Origin: the human T2T-CHM13v2.0 reference genome, Homo sapiens
Reading direction: 5' to 3' (one strand)
Assembly: GCF_009914755.1 (NCBI RefSeq)
Contig: NC_060926.1
DNA: 64,000 nucleotides
Position numbers and translations under genes: made by a program. The notes below the pieces were generated by a model that saw only the letters and a list, made by a program, of their open reading frames with translations, searched no databases and was not told the DNA's origin. How positions within the stretch are numbered: the first letter of the stretch is position 1; the number at the start of each line of letters is the position of its first letter. Positions 14,924 to 28,790 of this stretch are shown here, piece by piece.

Positions 14924-17615
14924 TTAAAAATAAGTGGAAAAAAACGTACTTAAGTAAACTTACTAAATTGAATACTTCAAAAAGATATGCAAAACATAAC
15001 ATTTACTCAATCAACTTTTAATTTACTCAGCATATATTTATTAATCACTTTCTATATCAAGGCACAATACGAAGTGCAAGAGATATAATAAACAGATGAC
15101 AAGCTGTCCCTGACTTACGGAATTTTCTATTTAAGGACTAAGGATCAGCGATGAAATTGAGATTGCAAAATCTGCCACTCTGGGGATTCGGCCACTTTAG
15201 AGTTAAAATGTGACCACTCATCTGAGCTATTCTGGTTAATTAAAATCAACTTAGGAATTCAGATTTTAACAGAAATATGTCAAAACAATCTCTGAGAGGA
15301 ACCATATTCATGTTATTAGCTTCTGGAGCTCATTTCTCATCTTTTAGTTAGAAAACTCTGCACCTTAACAACCACAAGTCCAAACCAGTCTTCCACCTCC
15401 AGAACAGTATCAGTCTCATTAAAATGTACACAAAGGTATCTCTAATGACTGTTGTCAAATAGAATAAATCTGAGTATAAAAATGAGATCTTCAGGGAAGA
15501 TAAAGTAGAAAGGCCTGATCAATTTGTTTTTACAGTTTCCATAGACATGTAAGGCTGCCTCACTCATCAATCAGTCCAGATGTGTAACAGCAATTGCTAA
15601 CATTCAGTCACTAAAATCAAGGCATATGTGGGAAAGACAGCTACCAGCAAAGGTGCACATTAGCTGTTCACATTGCAACATCGTTTAGCATCACAACAGC
15701 CTGTGAGCAAAAGGGGAGTTCAGAAGAAAGAATCACCAATTAACACACAAAGTCAAGAGGCGAAGTTATTATTTCAGTTCACTTGTCTCTATTGGTTCTT
15801 TGGACTGGGCATTTTGATCGTTTTCCTGATTACAAAAGCCATCTCTTATTAGAGCAAAGAGAAAGGAGGCCAGGTGCCTATTGTTTGTAATGACAGTGCC
15901 ACACTTAGGTTGTGTGCTAGAAGCATATCTACGTGTGTCGCCGTGTCTCTGTGTGTAGGTGCATGTAAATGCATGATAGTACACATATACAAAGTGCTCA
16001 AAGCAAGTTCTGTGTGTTACCACAGTAACAGTTGGCTTCAATAACAGGAGCTCCTCAGACACACCTATTTGTCTCTTTCAAATTTAAAATCTCTGGTTCT
16101 ATACCTTAGTTATGATTTCTTTTGCCTCCCCTCTGCTTTGGGGATCTAGAACATCGATTCCTAGAATAGGGGCATTGATTGTTCCCTTTGTCTTCTCCCT
16201 TTTCCTCTCTCTAACCAGTTTCTGCACCACCTGGAGGAGTTGCTAAGGTTCTTAAGAGGAAGGGAAATTTTTTCCAGAATCTGGAGAGTGTTGAAATGGG
16301 CAAAGAAGAATACCTGTATTTACTGAATACCTGTATTTACTGACCACAATACAGGGATTACCTGTTGGTCCTCCCTGTGGGTTTCAAAAGTTAATTTTCT
16401 CTTTCCTGGAAGTCAAACCTTGGCTTATCCATTTGAACCATCCTTCATAAGCCTCTATCTGATACAAATACTGCCCTGAAGATATAATGGACCCAGGTTC
16501 TTTTAATTAAGAATCCCAGCATTTAACAAGGATATTCAGACTCAGCAGCATCTGCAAAGAGAAAGTGAGAAGGAGTGGCAACAAATTGCTCCAAGCCGAT
16601 GGCAGAGAGTCAAATTATTATTTATGGAAAATCATTGAATTTTGGTTTAAGCCTACACGTTAAGCATTTCTCCAATGTTTCTCTCTGTGGTAGTAATTGA
16701 CTGCAAATTGTGATTTTTAATGGAAAATATGATGAAGCATACAGCTACAGCCCCAGTTCCTCAGCTCAAATTCCCTCTTCAATTATTTGCTATTCTAATA
16801 CATCAGGCTTTCAAAACAAGAAAATTTCTCTTAAACAAACTTCACTCTGTACAATTTGCTAAAAATCCAAGCTAAGTGAATCATCATTCGGTGTCACTTT
16901 TCTCAAAGTTTACATTTAACTTTATACTAGTTTCGAAATGTGATTTTGATGTTTATTGGTGTGTCTAAGCTCAATGGCTATGAACATGAAATGGCTTTAT
17001 GTTACTCCAAAACCTGTTTCCCAACTGTGCTGTGTCACTCCCCTTTCCTAATGGGTAATACCTCCCTTGATGTGGCATTTTGGTCTGATGCCTTGACTTT
17101 TTGGTCACTTAAAAGTTATTAGGGGAGTCTTATTCTGGTACACAAACTTCTGGCATACAGGCTTCATTTAAATATTATGAGCTCATTCTTGATCAAAGCT
17201 CTTCTTTTCTCCTTTGCCAATACAGGATAGAACTCCAGCTTGCAGTGCAGAGTGGGTGCTGGGGAGGGCAGTGAGGAGGTTGGCCTGCCTTTTGGACAGC
17301 CTGACATCCCTCTCCCTCTTCCAGGCAGCAGTCTCTCAGATGTGGCAGATCCTGAGCAATGACGGTTGGACAGAGCAAGGTCCAGTATCTTTCTCTTACT
17401 TGATTGGAAACATTATAATCCTTCTTTTTTGGCCATTGCTACTTCTCATGCTAATGGCCATTGAGGTTCTTTGGGTGAATTTCCAGAGGGGTGGGGGTAG
17501 CATATATGAGTGAGCCTTCCAGAGGTTCTTTCCACCACACTGACGTAGAAGATCCTGTCCCAGTGTGTCCTCTCCCAAGAGGGAGAGGGATGTCATTGCT
17601 GAAACACTCATCAAT

Positions 17616-17825
17616 CCCCAGTACTCACACCACTTACAAACATGCACTCCCTGTGGCATCCATGGTTGCCCTATCACCTACTTCGGGGTGGAATTGCTGA
17701 AGCACTGATAAATCCTCTTGGTTTCTTTCTGATGTTCAGACCTGTCCCCTCATGCCCCTAATTGCCACATCCTCAGAATATCTTTTTCATCAGGAGAACT
17801 GCTCATCCATCTTCCCTTTATGGAC
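17616..17825. repeat. Local direct duplication, copy A (210 bp)
   Basis: Gap-free alignment to 18729-18938 with 26 mismatches by hand count (~88% identity). Confidence 0.9.
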
Positions 17826-18728
17826 CAAAAGAAGGTCTACCCCTTGCCCTGTTGATGCCAGAGCCCAATCTCCCAGCAGGTGACCATCCTGGATGAACTC
17901 ATAAGTGACAGTTAAATCCAAGCTATGTTCCACAGTCTTCACTAAGCTCTTAGGGAATTTATATTCTTATCAGGACGGAGAGTGAGAATGCTCACTGCAT
18001 TGCTTCAACTCCCCCTACTCAGTTTCATGATCTGTCTTCTAATTCTCTTTTGGGCTATGTAGGCTGCATGGCGGGTGGGTGATAGTCAAGTTCACCAGCA
18101 AATAAGGCAAAGAAGGACAGAAAATGACAGTGTCCATCTCACAGGCTCTCCACGTCATTTGGAGAGATTCTCCTGGAAGTCATCTTCTTCACTACCTTGT
18201 AGAAAGAGGAGCACTTTTCTGCAGAAAGTAACATCCTTCAAAATGCAGTTTCCTCTTCCTTGTTTAGCCCCATGTTGGTTGAGAAGCTGCTATATTGCAG
18301 GGCCTGTGATGGTTGGGTTAGTTCTGGTGTCTTTCAGGAAATCTTCCAGGAAGGTGGCTGCCCCAACTGGTGATAGCTAGGAAACTTAAAATGTGAGATG
18401 TTTAGCACTTGTCATTCTCATTTTGGACCTTAAATGTGAGTCTGATAAGAAAGGAAAGAATCTTAGTGGATATCACCCTGTAATTAAGTTGTAGCCTTAG
18501 AGTTCTGCTCCCCTGCTGCCAAGAAGACACCTGGTAAATAGGGAAGCGAGAGCATATCTAGCCACCACTGTGTTGTTTTGACCTGACTGTCCCACTCTTC
18601 ATGGGACACCTGGTGTTTCCCTCAGTCCAAACTAGCTTTTTTTTGGATGCTAGCTTTCTGGCTAGTGTAACCTTCCTTTGTTTTCCTGGTCCTAAAGCTG
18701 ATTATTCCTCACTTAGATTCAGAGCTTC

Positions 18729-18938
18729 CCCCAGTGCTCACCACACTTACATATACACACTTCCTATGGCATCCTTGGTTGTTCCATCACCTACTTTGGG
18801 GTGAAATTGCTGAAACATTGATAAATCCTCTTGGTTTCTTTTTGATGTTCAGACCTGTCCCCACATGCCCCTAATTGCCACTTCCTCAGAATATCTTCTC
18901 CATCAGGAGAGCTGCTCATCAATCTCTCCTTTATGGAC
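18729..18938. repeat. Local direct duplication, copy B (210 bp)
   Basis: Partner of copy A, offset 1113 bp. Confidence 0.9.
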
Positions 18939-21334
18939 AAATCAAACAGGAGCCCCAGCTCCTCCTTTCTGATTCTTCCACTTTCCTCCTGACCTTCTCT
19001 CACATCTTTGCTCCTTTCAGGACATGGTGATGAATAATTCAGAGTTTTGACTGTGCTCTACCATAGGCGCTGATTCTTTAAACTATTCAAGACAGCATTC
19101 GAGCAATATGTCTCTGTCTGACTTAAAAAGCAAGCTTCAAACCTCCTGGCATCTAGGCCAAACTTTTCCTCGAATGTCTGCCCCCTGACACATAAATAAA
19201 TATCTTGTTAGGGAGACGATAATGACATAAGAATAAATCTACCAGAAAAACCCTGTATTATACCAGGCTCCATTGCCCTAGGAATCATAGAGAAAATAGA
19301 CTATATTGACAAAATTGAAGGATTAACCCTAAACCAAGCGTTCAGTTTTACTGAGTTAGATGACGCTGTTTCAAGTTAAAGTAGTTAAAGAGTGGATTTA
19401 ATTTCACTTTATTCAACAAGCAGTAACAAACACATTCCCTGACCTGGAGAAACTCACCATCAAGAAGAATGTGTCAACATCTCCCCAAGGAGTTCCAACA
19501 GAAGGCAGATGGGATTATAGAGGTGGCAAGCATGAGAAAGAAGAGTTGATTATGATGATCTGACGGCAGCAGCTGGTGAAGCTGCATGGAGATGTTGCAC
19601 TCAGGTTGGATGTTGGATGATTACTAAGGTGGGCAGTGCAGAGCAAAGGGAAGGGATTCTGAGCAAAGACAGGAAAGGGAGAGCTCAGTATGTGTTTCAG
19701 GAGCAGGAATTAGTCCAGTGGACTGAGGACTGAGAGCTTAGGAAAAGTAAAAAAGATAATGTGGGGTGGCAGAGGGTCTTAAACACCAGATTTAGTTGGG
19801 TTTGACTACATGTGCGAAAAGGAGCTGGGGAGATTCCTGGAGAAGGAGAAAGAACTGTATACACCGTTCTAGGAACTTCATGTGATTAACACATTTTATT
19901 AGGATAACAGCCCTCTGAGGTAAGTACTGGCATGATCTCTATTGTAAAAAGAAGGAAACTGAAATGATAAGGAATTAGCTTACTTGCAAAGATTACATGG
20001 CTTCTAAGTGGCCAAGTAGAACCCAAATCCAGTGGAAAACCCATGATGTTGAACTACTATGCACATAGCCTTTGAGTCCAGGTAGTGTGTGCCAAGGTTT
20101 CAGGGAAGTCAGGCATTAGGGCTGCAGGACTTTGGGAAATAGTAGACTAAATTAGGGCTGCATTTGGGAGTGTGGACAGGGAAGGCTTTCTGAAAGCAGA
20201 GAGGCCTGGAGGTGTGGCAGGAGGCTGTACGCCCTTTCCAACGTGCTGTTGCCAAGGGCACTGTGTGCCACAGAAAAAGTGGGGTAAAAGTGGTGAGGTG
20301 CTTCAGAGGAGGGAGAAATTCTCTCATCACAGAGATCGAAGAAGGTTTCACAAACTGAGCACAACTGCATTTAGTCAACTTTCTTGCTCACTACTGGATC
20401 CCTACAAAGCACAAAATGTCCAACATGCAACAGATGCTCAATAATTGAATGAATGAGTATATAAATTGATAAATGAATAAATGGTGCATTTCAGAGAAAG
20501 AGTTAAACTGAGGGATGAAATATAGAGATATATGTCCTCTGTGCACACTTCTCCATTCTTCCTAGACATGATCATGCCCCATCAGTGCTGTTTATAAATG
20601 ATTTTTTAACTGTGCTTATTTTACTAAACATACCCTGCCTGGAAGTCTGGCTTTTTGCCCAGAAGTCTTATTTACAGATGTCGATATAAGGCAGCAGAGG
20701 TGGTAGAGGAGGACTAGAATGGGCCTTGGAATCCAGCAGACTAGGGCTTGACTCCTGCTACGTGGTTGTGGACAAAATACCTAAGCCTATATTTCTCCAT
20801 TTGTGAAAAGAAGCTCTTGAAAATAACTATCTTTAATATAAATTTATAATTATTCTGTTTTAATCTAACAAAAAGCAAGAATTAGGCATGTGCACCATAC
20901 CTTTGCGCGTATGTTTCTAAATTCAGGAGGAAAGGTAATACCCAAGGGCAAAATCTGATACCTGGCATACTGGAAAACCTTTTGTCTGGCATAAGGGAAA
21001 CTGGTTTAAGTGTAGAATTTTAGAATTAAATTTTAATTCTCAACATCCATGGTTAAGTAGGCTGACACTTTGCATTCACTCCACTATGCTGTTAAAGTCT
21101 CTACATGGAAGAGTCCATTTTAAAACTTGACAATCCAAGGGAATTTCATATGAGTGAACATCTGGGCTGTGGGGAAGATCTCTAACGAATGATCCTGACA
21201 ACTGTACATTGTGCTCTTGCCAGCCAGGAAATCACATCTCTTCTGTGGGGTTGTGTGTGAAAAAGAATTTCTGATTGAATTACCCTTTGAACTTTTATTT
21301 TCTTAAAACTATTGTAATAATACAATAATGATGA

Positions 21335-21580
21335 TGGCAAAAAAAAAATCACTAGTATCTACCAGCTATTAAACATCTTGGTACCAAATGCTGTAAATGA
21401 CACTTTTTATTTGATCTCATTTTATCATCACAACAACTCTGTAAGACAGGAATTACCATCTGCCTTTTAGAACTAAAAAGTTCTTGGAAAAATTAAATAA
21501 TCTGCCCGAGGTCATCTGCTAATAAGTACTGGGCCAGGATTTATGTCTATAGGTTTTGATTTGAAAGTCATTTTCTTATC
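21335..21580 (-). mobile_element. MIR
   Basis: atctcatttatcatcacaacaactctgtaagacagg...taaataatctgcccgaggtca. Confidence 0.65.
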
Positions 21581-22054
21581 ATATCTTTGACAGCACAGGA
21601 TATACTCTCACCAAACCACAGCCCTGGAAACTTATTATCAACAAATGCAGTTGGCCATTGGCTGCTACCTGTTGGCCCTGATCTAACTCTACTTCCCCTG
21701 GCTACTTTGTTGCCAGTTTATCCACTTAGATGTCATTCTGCTGCAATATTATCCTTCCGTTCTACACTTGACCCTTGGAATAATTGTGCTTTTTAATTTG
21801 ACCTCCTATCAGAGTACATTTTCTCAGATTGGATGACTTGTATTTAGAACATAACTGGGTCCAAGAGATACTTTCCCCTGCTCTTACCAGTAAGAACAAG
21901 CTCAGATATATCTAATATTCCACCTCCCGCAGGGACTAGGATATGTCTAGGGTTTCATTTATAAAACAGAGTGACTCTATACAGAGGCTGATGGCTTACA
22001 TGGCTGAATTTACTTCAGGGATTCAGGAAAAGATCCTCAGTGCAAAAACGCTTC

Positions 22055-22900
22055 AGTCTAGTTAAAGGTTTGTCAATTTTGTTGCTCTTTTCAATGAATC
22101 AACTCTTGGTTTCATTTCATTCCATTTCTATTTTTTCCTATCTCTATTTTGTTAATTTATACTCTAATCTTTGCTACTTCCTTCTTTGTGGTTGCTTTAG
22201 GTTTGGTTTGCTCTTACTTTTCCAGTGTCTTATGGTATGAGGTTAGGTTATTATTTTTGTTTTTTAAAAAATATAGACATTTACAGCTATAACTTTCAAT
22301 CTAATCACTCTTTAGCTACATCCCATGTATTTTAATTTGTTGAGTTTTTATTTTTATTCATTTCAAAGTACTTCTAATTTCCCTTGAGATTTCTTCTTTG
22401 ATCCATTTAGGATTGCATGTTCAGTATTCATATATTTATGAATTTTTCAAATTTCCTCCTGTAATTCCATTGCACTGTGGTCACAGAACATGTGTGAGTG
22501 ATTAATCATTTTAAACACATTGAGCGCTGTGACCTGGCATATTGTCTGTACTGGAGAATGCTACATTTGTGCTTGAGAAAAATACATATTCTGCCATTTT
22601 ATTGTGAATAGTTCTATAGATATCTATTATGTCTAGATGGTTTATAATTTTTTCAAGTTTTCTATTTCCTTGTTGATCTTCTGCTTAGTTCTATCACTTT
22701 TGAAGTCTCCAACTCCTTTTGTAATTGATATATAATTCACATACCATAAAATGTGCCCACTTAAAGTACACAATTCAGTGGCTTTTAGTATAATCACTAG
22801 GTTGTACAACTATTACCCTTTTCTAATTCCAAAATATTTTCATAACCTGCAAAAGAAACACATACCTCTTGGTAGTCATACCCTATTCCTTCTCAGGGCA
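22055..22900 (-). mobile_element. Old L1M fragments (ORF2, then L1MB-like 3' end from ~22720)
   Basis: gtctagttaaaggtttgtcaatttt...; gatatataattcacataccataaaat..ccacttaaagtacacaattcagtggc. Confidence 0.75.
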
Positions 22901-23230
22901 ACCTCTTGGTGGTAAAGGCCGAGTTGGCATGTACCATGATCACTAAGGGGGCACAGCCAGAGTAATCATGAATGAATCTAAGGGTTACTCCCCTCTGCCA
23001 AGGTTACTCCTTTTTAAAATCCCAAAGATGTTGATAAGTCTTCCAAAAATAAAACATGGTCCGTTCTTCAGAATTCAGAAGTACATTGGAATTAGAGGTG
23101 AGAGACCTGGGTTCAAATTGAGAAACCACCACTTAGCACTCTGTCCACAGAATATGTCACCTCCTCCATTAATTTTCTTTTTTTTTCCCAAGGACTAATT
23201 GATTACTTTTATTATACAATATTTCCCATG

Positions 23231-23975
23231 TATTTTTTCTCTTTTTTTAAATTATACTTTAGGTTCTGGGGTACATGTGCAGAACGTGCAGTTTTGTTAC
23301 ATAGTGCCATGGTGGTTTGCTGCACCCACCAACCTGTCACCTACATTAGGTATTTCTCCTAATGTTATCCTCCCCTAGCCCCCAACCCCCCAACAGGCCC
23401 CAGTATGTGATGTTCCCCTCCCTATGTCCATGTGTTCTGATTGTTCAACTCCCACTTATGAGTGAGAACATAAGGTTTTCTGTTCTTGTGATAGTTTGCT
23501 GAGAATGATGGTTTACAGCTTCATCCATGTCCCTGCAAAGGACATGAACTCATCCTTTTTTATGGCTGCATAGTATTCCATGGTGTATATGTGGCACATT
23601 TTCTTTATCCAATCTATTATTGATGAACATTTGGGTTGGTTCCAAGTCTTTGCTATTGTGAATAGTGTCACAATAAACATATGTATGCATGTGTCTTTAT
23701 AGTAGAATAATTTATAATCCTTTGGTTATATACCCAGTAATGGGATTGCTGGGTCAAATGGTATTTCTAGTTCTAGATCTTTGAGGAATCGCCACACTGT
23801 CTTCCACAATGGTTGAACAAATTTACACTCCCCACCAACAGTGTAAAAGCATTCCTATTTCTCCACATGCTCTCCGGCATCTGTTGTTTCCTGACTTTTT
23901 AATGATTGCCATTCTAACTGGCGTGAGATGGTATCTCATTGTGGTTTTGATTTGCATTTCTCTAATGGCCAGTGA
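23231..23975 (-). mobile_element. L1PA 3' end
   Basis: ttatactttaggttctggggtacatgtgcagaacgtgcag... through gcatttctctaatggccagtga. No TSD found. Confidence 0.95.
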
Positions 23976-24864
23976 ACACACAGAAGGGAATAATACCATA
24001 TTTGCAGAATTTACAAGCAGAGCAAATAAAATATTGAAATGTGTAAATAAAGGTATATACAGACATGAATTGTTTTTCTATAACTCCACAGGGGAAGCTG
24101 CTTTTTGACAAGATTTTCAAACCTAGAAGACAAAATGGTAATATCCAGAGAAGTGAGTCCAGGAAAGCAACCTTCTGTGGCTTGACCATCGAGATGGAAA
24201 ATCACTGATCTTATGAAAAGCCTTCATAAGATCCTCAGAGGATAGTCTCAACATCCTTCAAGGTGACATTTCTTTAAAGATATTAACCAACTTCTGCCCT
24301 TCCCTTCAGATTCCACGGCCCCCAGCATTTGGGGCCACAAACATATTTTCCTTGGAAAGCCTAGTTGTCATAAGCGTAGTCCTTCTCACTCCTACAGTGT
24401 CTGGCACAGGCTGCTACAAGGATAATAGCACATGAGTGACTCGCTCAGCAGTGATCCGGAAATAATCTCAGATGTCATGACAACATCTCTCATGCTACAG
24501 TCTCAGCTTGGCAGTACCTCTGTTGGCAAAGAAGAAGAGCTGGTCAACATCTATTAAATTACCTTGCTGAAAACTGAAGCACTGTAACCAACCTCCACCC
24601 TTCACTTTTCTAGGCAAATTAACTCAGGTTTCATTTCTCCTTATTAGCCTTATTTTTTAATATTAGGATCTTCTTGGTGGCTAAATTCCTAATTATATAG
24701 CTACAAAGCCTCCCCTGATAAAAAATGTTCTAAATGCTTAATATTTCTTTGGTCCTCTGTGCCAGGACCAATGTTTGTTTTTTACAGAGAGGAAATTTTA
24801 GGAGAAAATAAGCACCTTACTCATAGCCACTAGATTAATTACTGTCAGAGATAAGATACAGAGC

Positions 24865-25040
24865 CATGGTTCTCATTAGTCTGCACATTCAAATTATCTG
24901 GGGAATTCTTAAAAATCCTAATGCCCACGTACACACTCAGACCATTTATATCAGAATCTCTTAAGTTAGAACTACGAATAAGTATTTATTTAAAAGCCCC
25001 CCAAACAATTTTAATGTGCAGCCAAGCTTTAGAATCACTG
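24865..25040. mobile_element. MER5-family DNA transposon
   Basis: catggttctca...tgcacattcaaattatctgggga...tcagaatctc...ttttaatgtgcagccaag..agaatcactg. Confidence 0.7.
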
Positions 25041-25046
25041 ATTTAC

Positions 25047-26570
<1,524 letters not shown>

Positions 26571-26585
26571 ATCACTAATTTACAC

Positions 26586-26950
26586 AAGTGCTTTTCAAAC
26601 GTTAATATGGGACAGGACTATCTGAGGATTATGTTAAAATGCAGATTCTGATTCAGTAGGACAGAGTTCAGAAAGGGGGCTGAGATTCTACATACATTTC
26701 TAACAAGCTCCAGGGGCTCCTAATGCTACTGGTTCATGAGCTATATTTGAATAGCAAGGATCAAAATATCAACAGTTCTCAAGCTTTGTTGCCCATTAGA
26801 ATCAGCTGGGGAATGTATGAAACTCTGAATGCCTGGGATGCACCCTATATCAACTAAATCAGACTTGCCGGGGATGCCACACAGATGTTAGCATTTTTAA
26901 AAACTCATAGGGTGATTCCAATGTGTAGAACATTTGTGAAACAATGATTG
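26586..26950. mobile_element. Two adjacent MER5-family elements
   Basis: gttaaaatgcagattctgattcagtagg...catttctaacaagctcc; cagttctcaagcttt...cattagaatcagctgggga...ggtgattccaatgtg. Confidence 0.7.
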
Positions 26951-27409
26951 AGGATTTCAGTTTTTGCTGATTCCAGACCTGGTTTCATCCAGTAAGCAGG
27001 AATGATAAACCATGGAGAGATTCTAATCCACTCAGTCAGTGTCTCATAGAAGCAAAGTCAAGCCATGCCTGGTATAGAGGATCGCATGAACACACAGAGC
27101 ACTTTGAGCTTGGAGGACATCAAATCCATGGTGTGTGTGAAGGAGTTTGCAATCACGGTTGAACATTTGGAGGATTATTGGAAAGAAGAGTCAGTATACT
27201 TGGTCTGTGTAATTGCAAAACTAGGCCTCAGATCAGTGAATGTAGTTGCAGGGAGACAAATTTAAATTCGACTTATGAAAAGTCTGCCTACAAATTGAGC
27301 TGTTCCAAAATAGGTTAATTTACAAAGGAGCACCTATTCCCGTATCAGCTAAAGGGTTGGCAAGGAGGAGTCCTTGATTATTCTTTGTAATCCTTTTCAC
27401 CTCTCACCC

Positions 27410-28392
27410 CCATTGGCCCCAGCCAACATCTAATCCATCAGTCAATCCTGCCAGATCTACCTTGAATCTATATATTTAATACATCTACTTCCTCTAGGAC
27501 TATCCTTAAGCAACCACTGTCATTTCTTGCTGGAATTCTGAGATATTCCTCAACTGGAATAGCTTCCTGACATGCCTCTGCTACCTTTGCCTTCTTACGT
27601 CCTCTAGGACAGCCAGACTGGTCTTTTTAAAAACAAGAAATTACATTATTCCAGGCTTTTCATAAAAAGCCTCCATGATCTTCCATGGCATTTAAATAAA
27701 ATCCATGACCATGTCAGGCAAGACCTTTTCTGATCTCATCCCTGTCTGCTTCTGTCTAAGTCTATCTCTTTTCCTTATCCTCTGAAGCCAGTCCTCACCA
27801 GCCTCTCCAGCCGCAGGTCTCCTTGCTGAGTCTTGAACTTGCCAAGCAAACCTATTTCAGGACCTTTGCACTTGCCATTCTCCTTGTCTGGAAAACCGAT
27901 GTGCGCCTGATCAATTCCTTCTTGTCATGCAATACTTGGCTCAAATGCCACCTCTAGAGAGAAGACTCCTCTGCTTACTAAGCTAAAATGCCCACACTAC
28001 TCTGTTACTCTCTGAATCATATTTCTCTATTTTATGTTGTTTTAAGATAAACAGCACTTAACATAATTGACTTATTTGTTTGTTCAACAAATATTTACTG
28101 AGCACTTACTATGTTTCAGATGTTCTTCCAGGCAATGGAAAGAGATATGTGAACAGAAGAGAAAAGTCCATGCCCTCATGGGAGTTACATCTCAGCTAAA
28201 GCTCTCACTCACGGTCTGAATTACCAGGTTCACTTATTTTTGTGTTTGTTGCCTGTCTCCCTTCTCTGGACTTCCAAATTGCAGGCATCTTGGCAATTTT
28301 TTTCTCACTGTGTACAGTACTTAGTTTCTGGAAAAGTATCCCTAACATAATATTGGCCCAATAAATATTTTTAAAAATTAATAAATGAATGG
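27410..28392 (+). mobile_element. L2 (with an opposite-strand L2 end at ~28070-28200)
   Basis: caggacctttgcacttgccattc, ctcaaatgccacctc, caataaatattt...aaatgaat terminus. Nested ttcaacaaatatttactgagcacttactatg. Confidence 0.7.
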
Positions 28393-28618
28393 AGACTTTT
28401 TAAAACATTAAGAGTTCTGAGATTACTGAATTCTATTCATCAAGGCATCTAGTTTCCTCCTTTTTTAAACCCAGTATCAAGGTTAAGAGCTTTTGAAGAA
28501 AATCTAGTCCCATGCAATTCAAAATGTGAACTCCAGAATAGCAGCATCCACATCACCTGCAACCTAGCAACAAATGCAGATTCTCTGGCTCTAGCCCAGA
28601 ACTACTGAATCAGAATCT

Positions 28619-28790
28619 CCTTTTTTTCAAAAGATACAGTACCTCACTTTGTTTCCCAGGCTGGAGTGAAGCAGCTATTCATAGGTGCAATCATGGCATA
28701 CTACAGCCTCAAACTCCTGGCCTCAAGTGATCCTCCTACCTCAGCCCCCCGAGTAGCTGGAACTACAGGCATGTGCCACTGTGTCTGGTG
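28619..28790 (-). mobile_element. FAM (fossil Alu monomer) inserted into a MER5A (~28510-28850)
   Basis: Reverse complement has the FAM-diagnostic ...tatgccatgattgcacctatgaatagc.. segment. MER5A halves flank it, with repeated gaatct. Confidence 0.8.

Noticed and set aside
16308-16343. Small two-copy tandem duplications (17 bp here; ~24 bp at 25988-26040 and 32592-32637; 19 bp at 61479-61518)
   Set aside because: Ordinary slippage duplications with no functional signal.
18596-18616. Minus-strand peptide TRCPMK recalling the FAM90A zinc-knuckle region
   Set aside because: Flanking residues, including the CxxC and GH, do not match. A 6-aa hit is compatible with chance.
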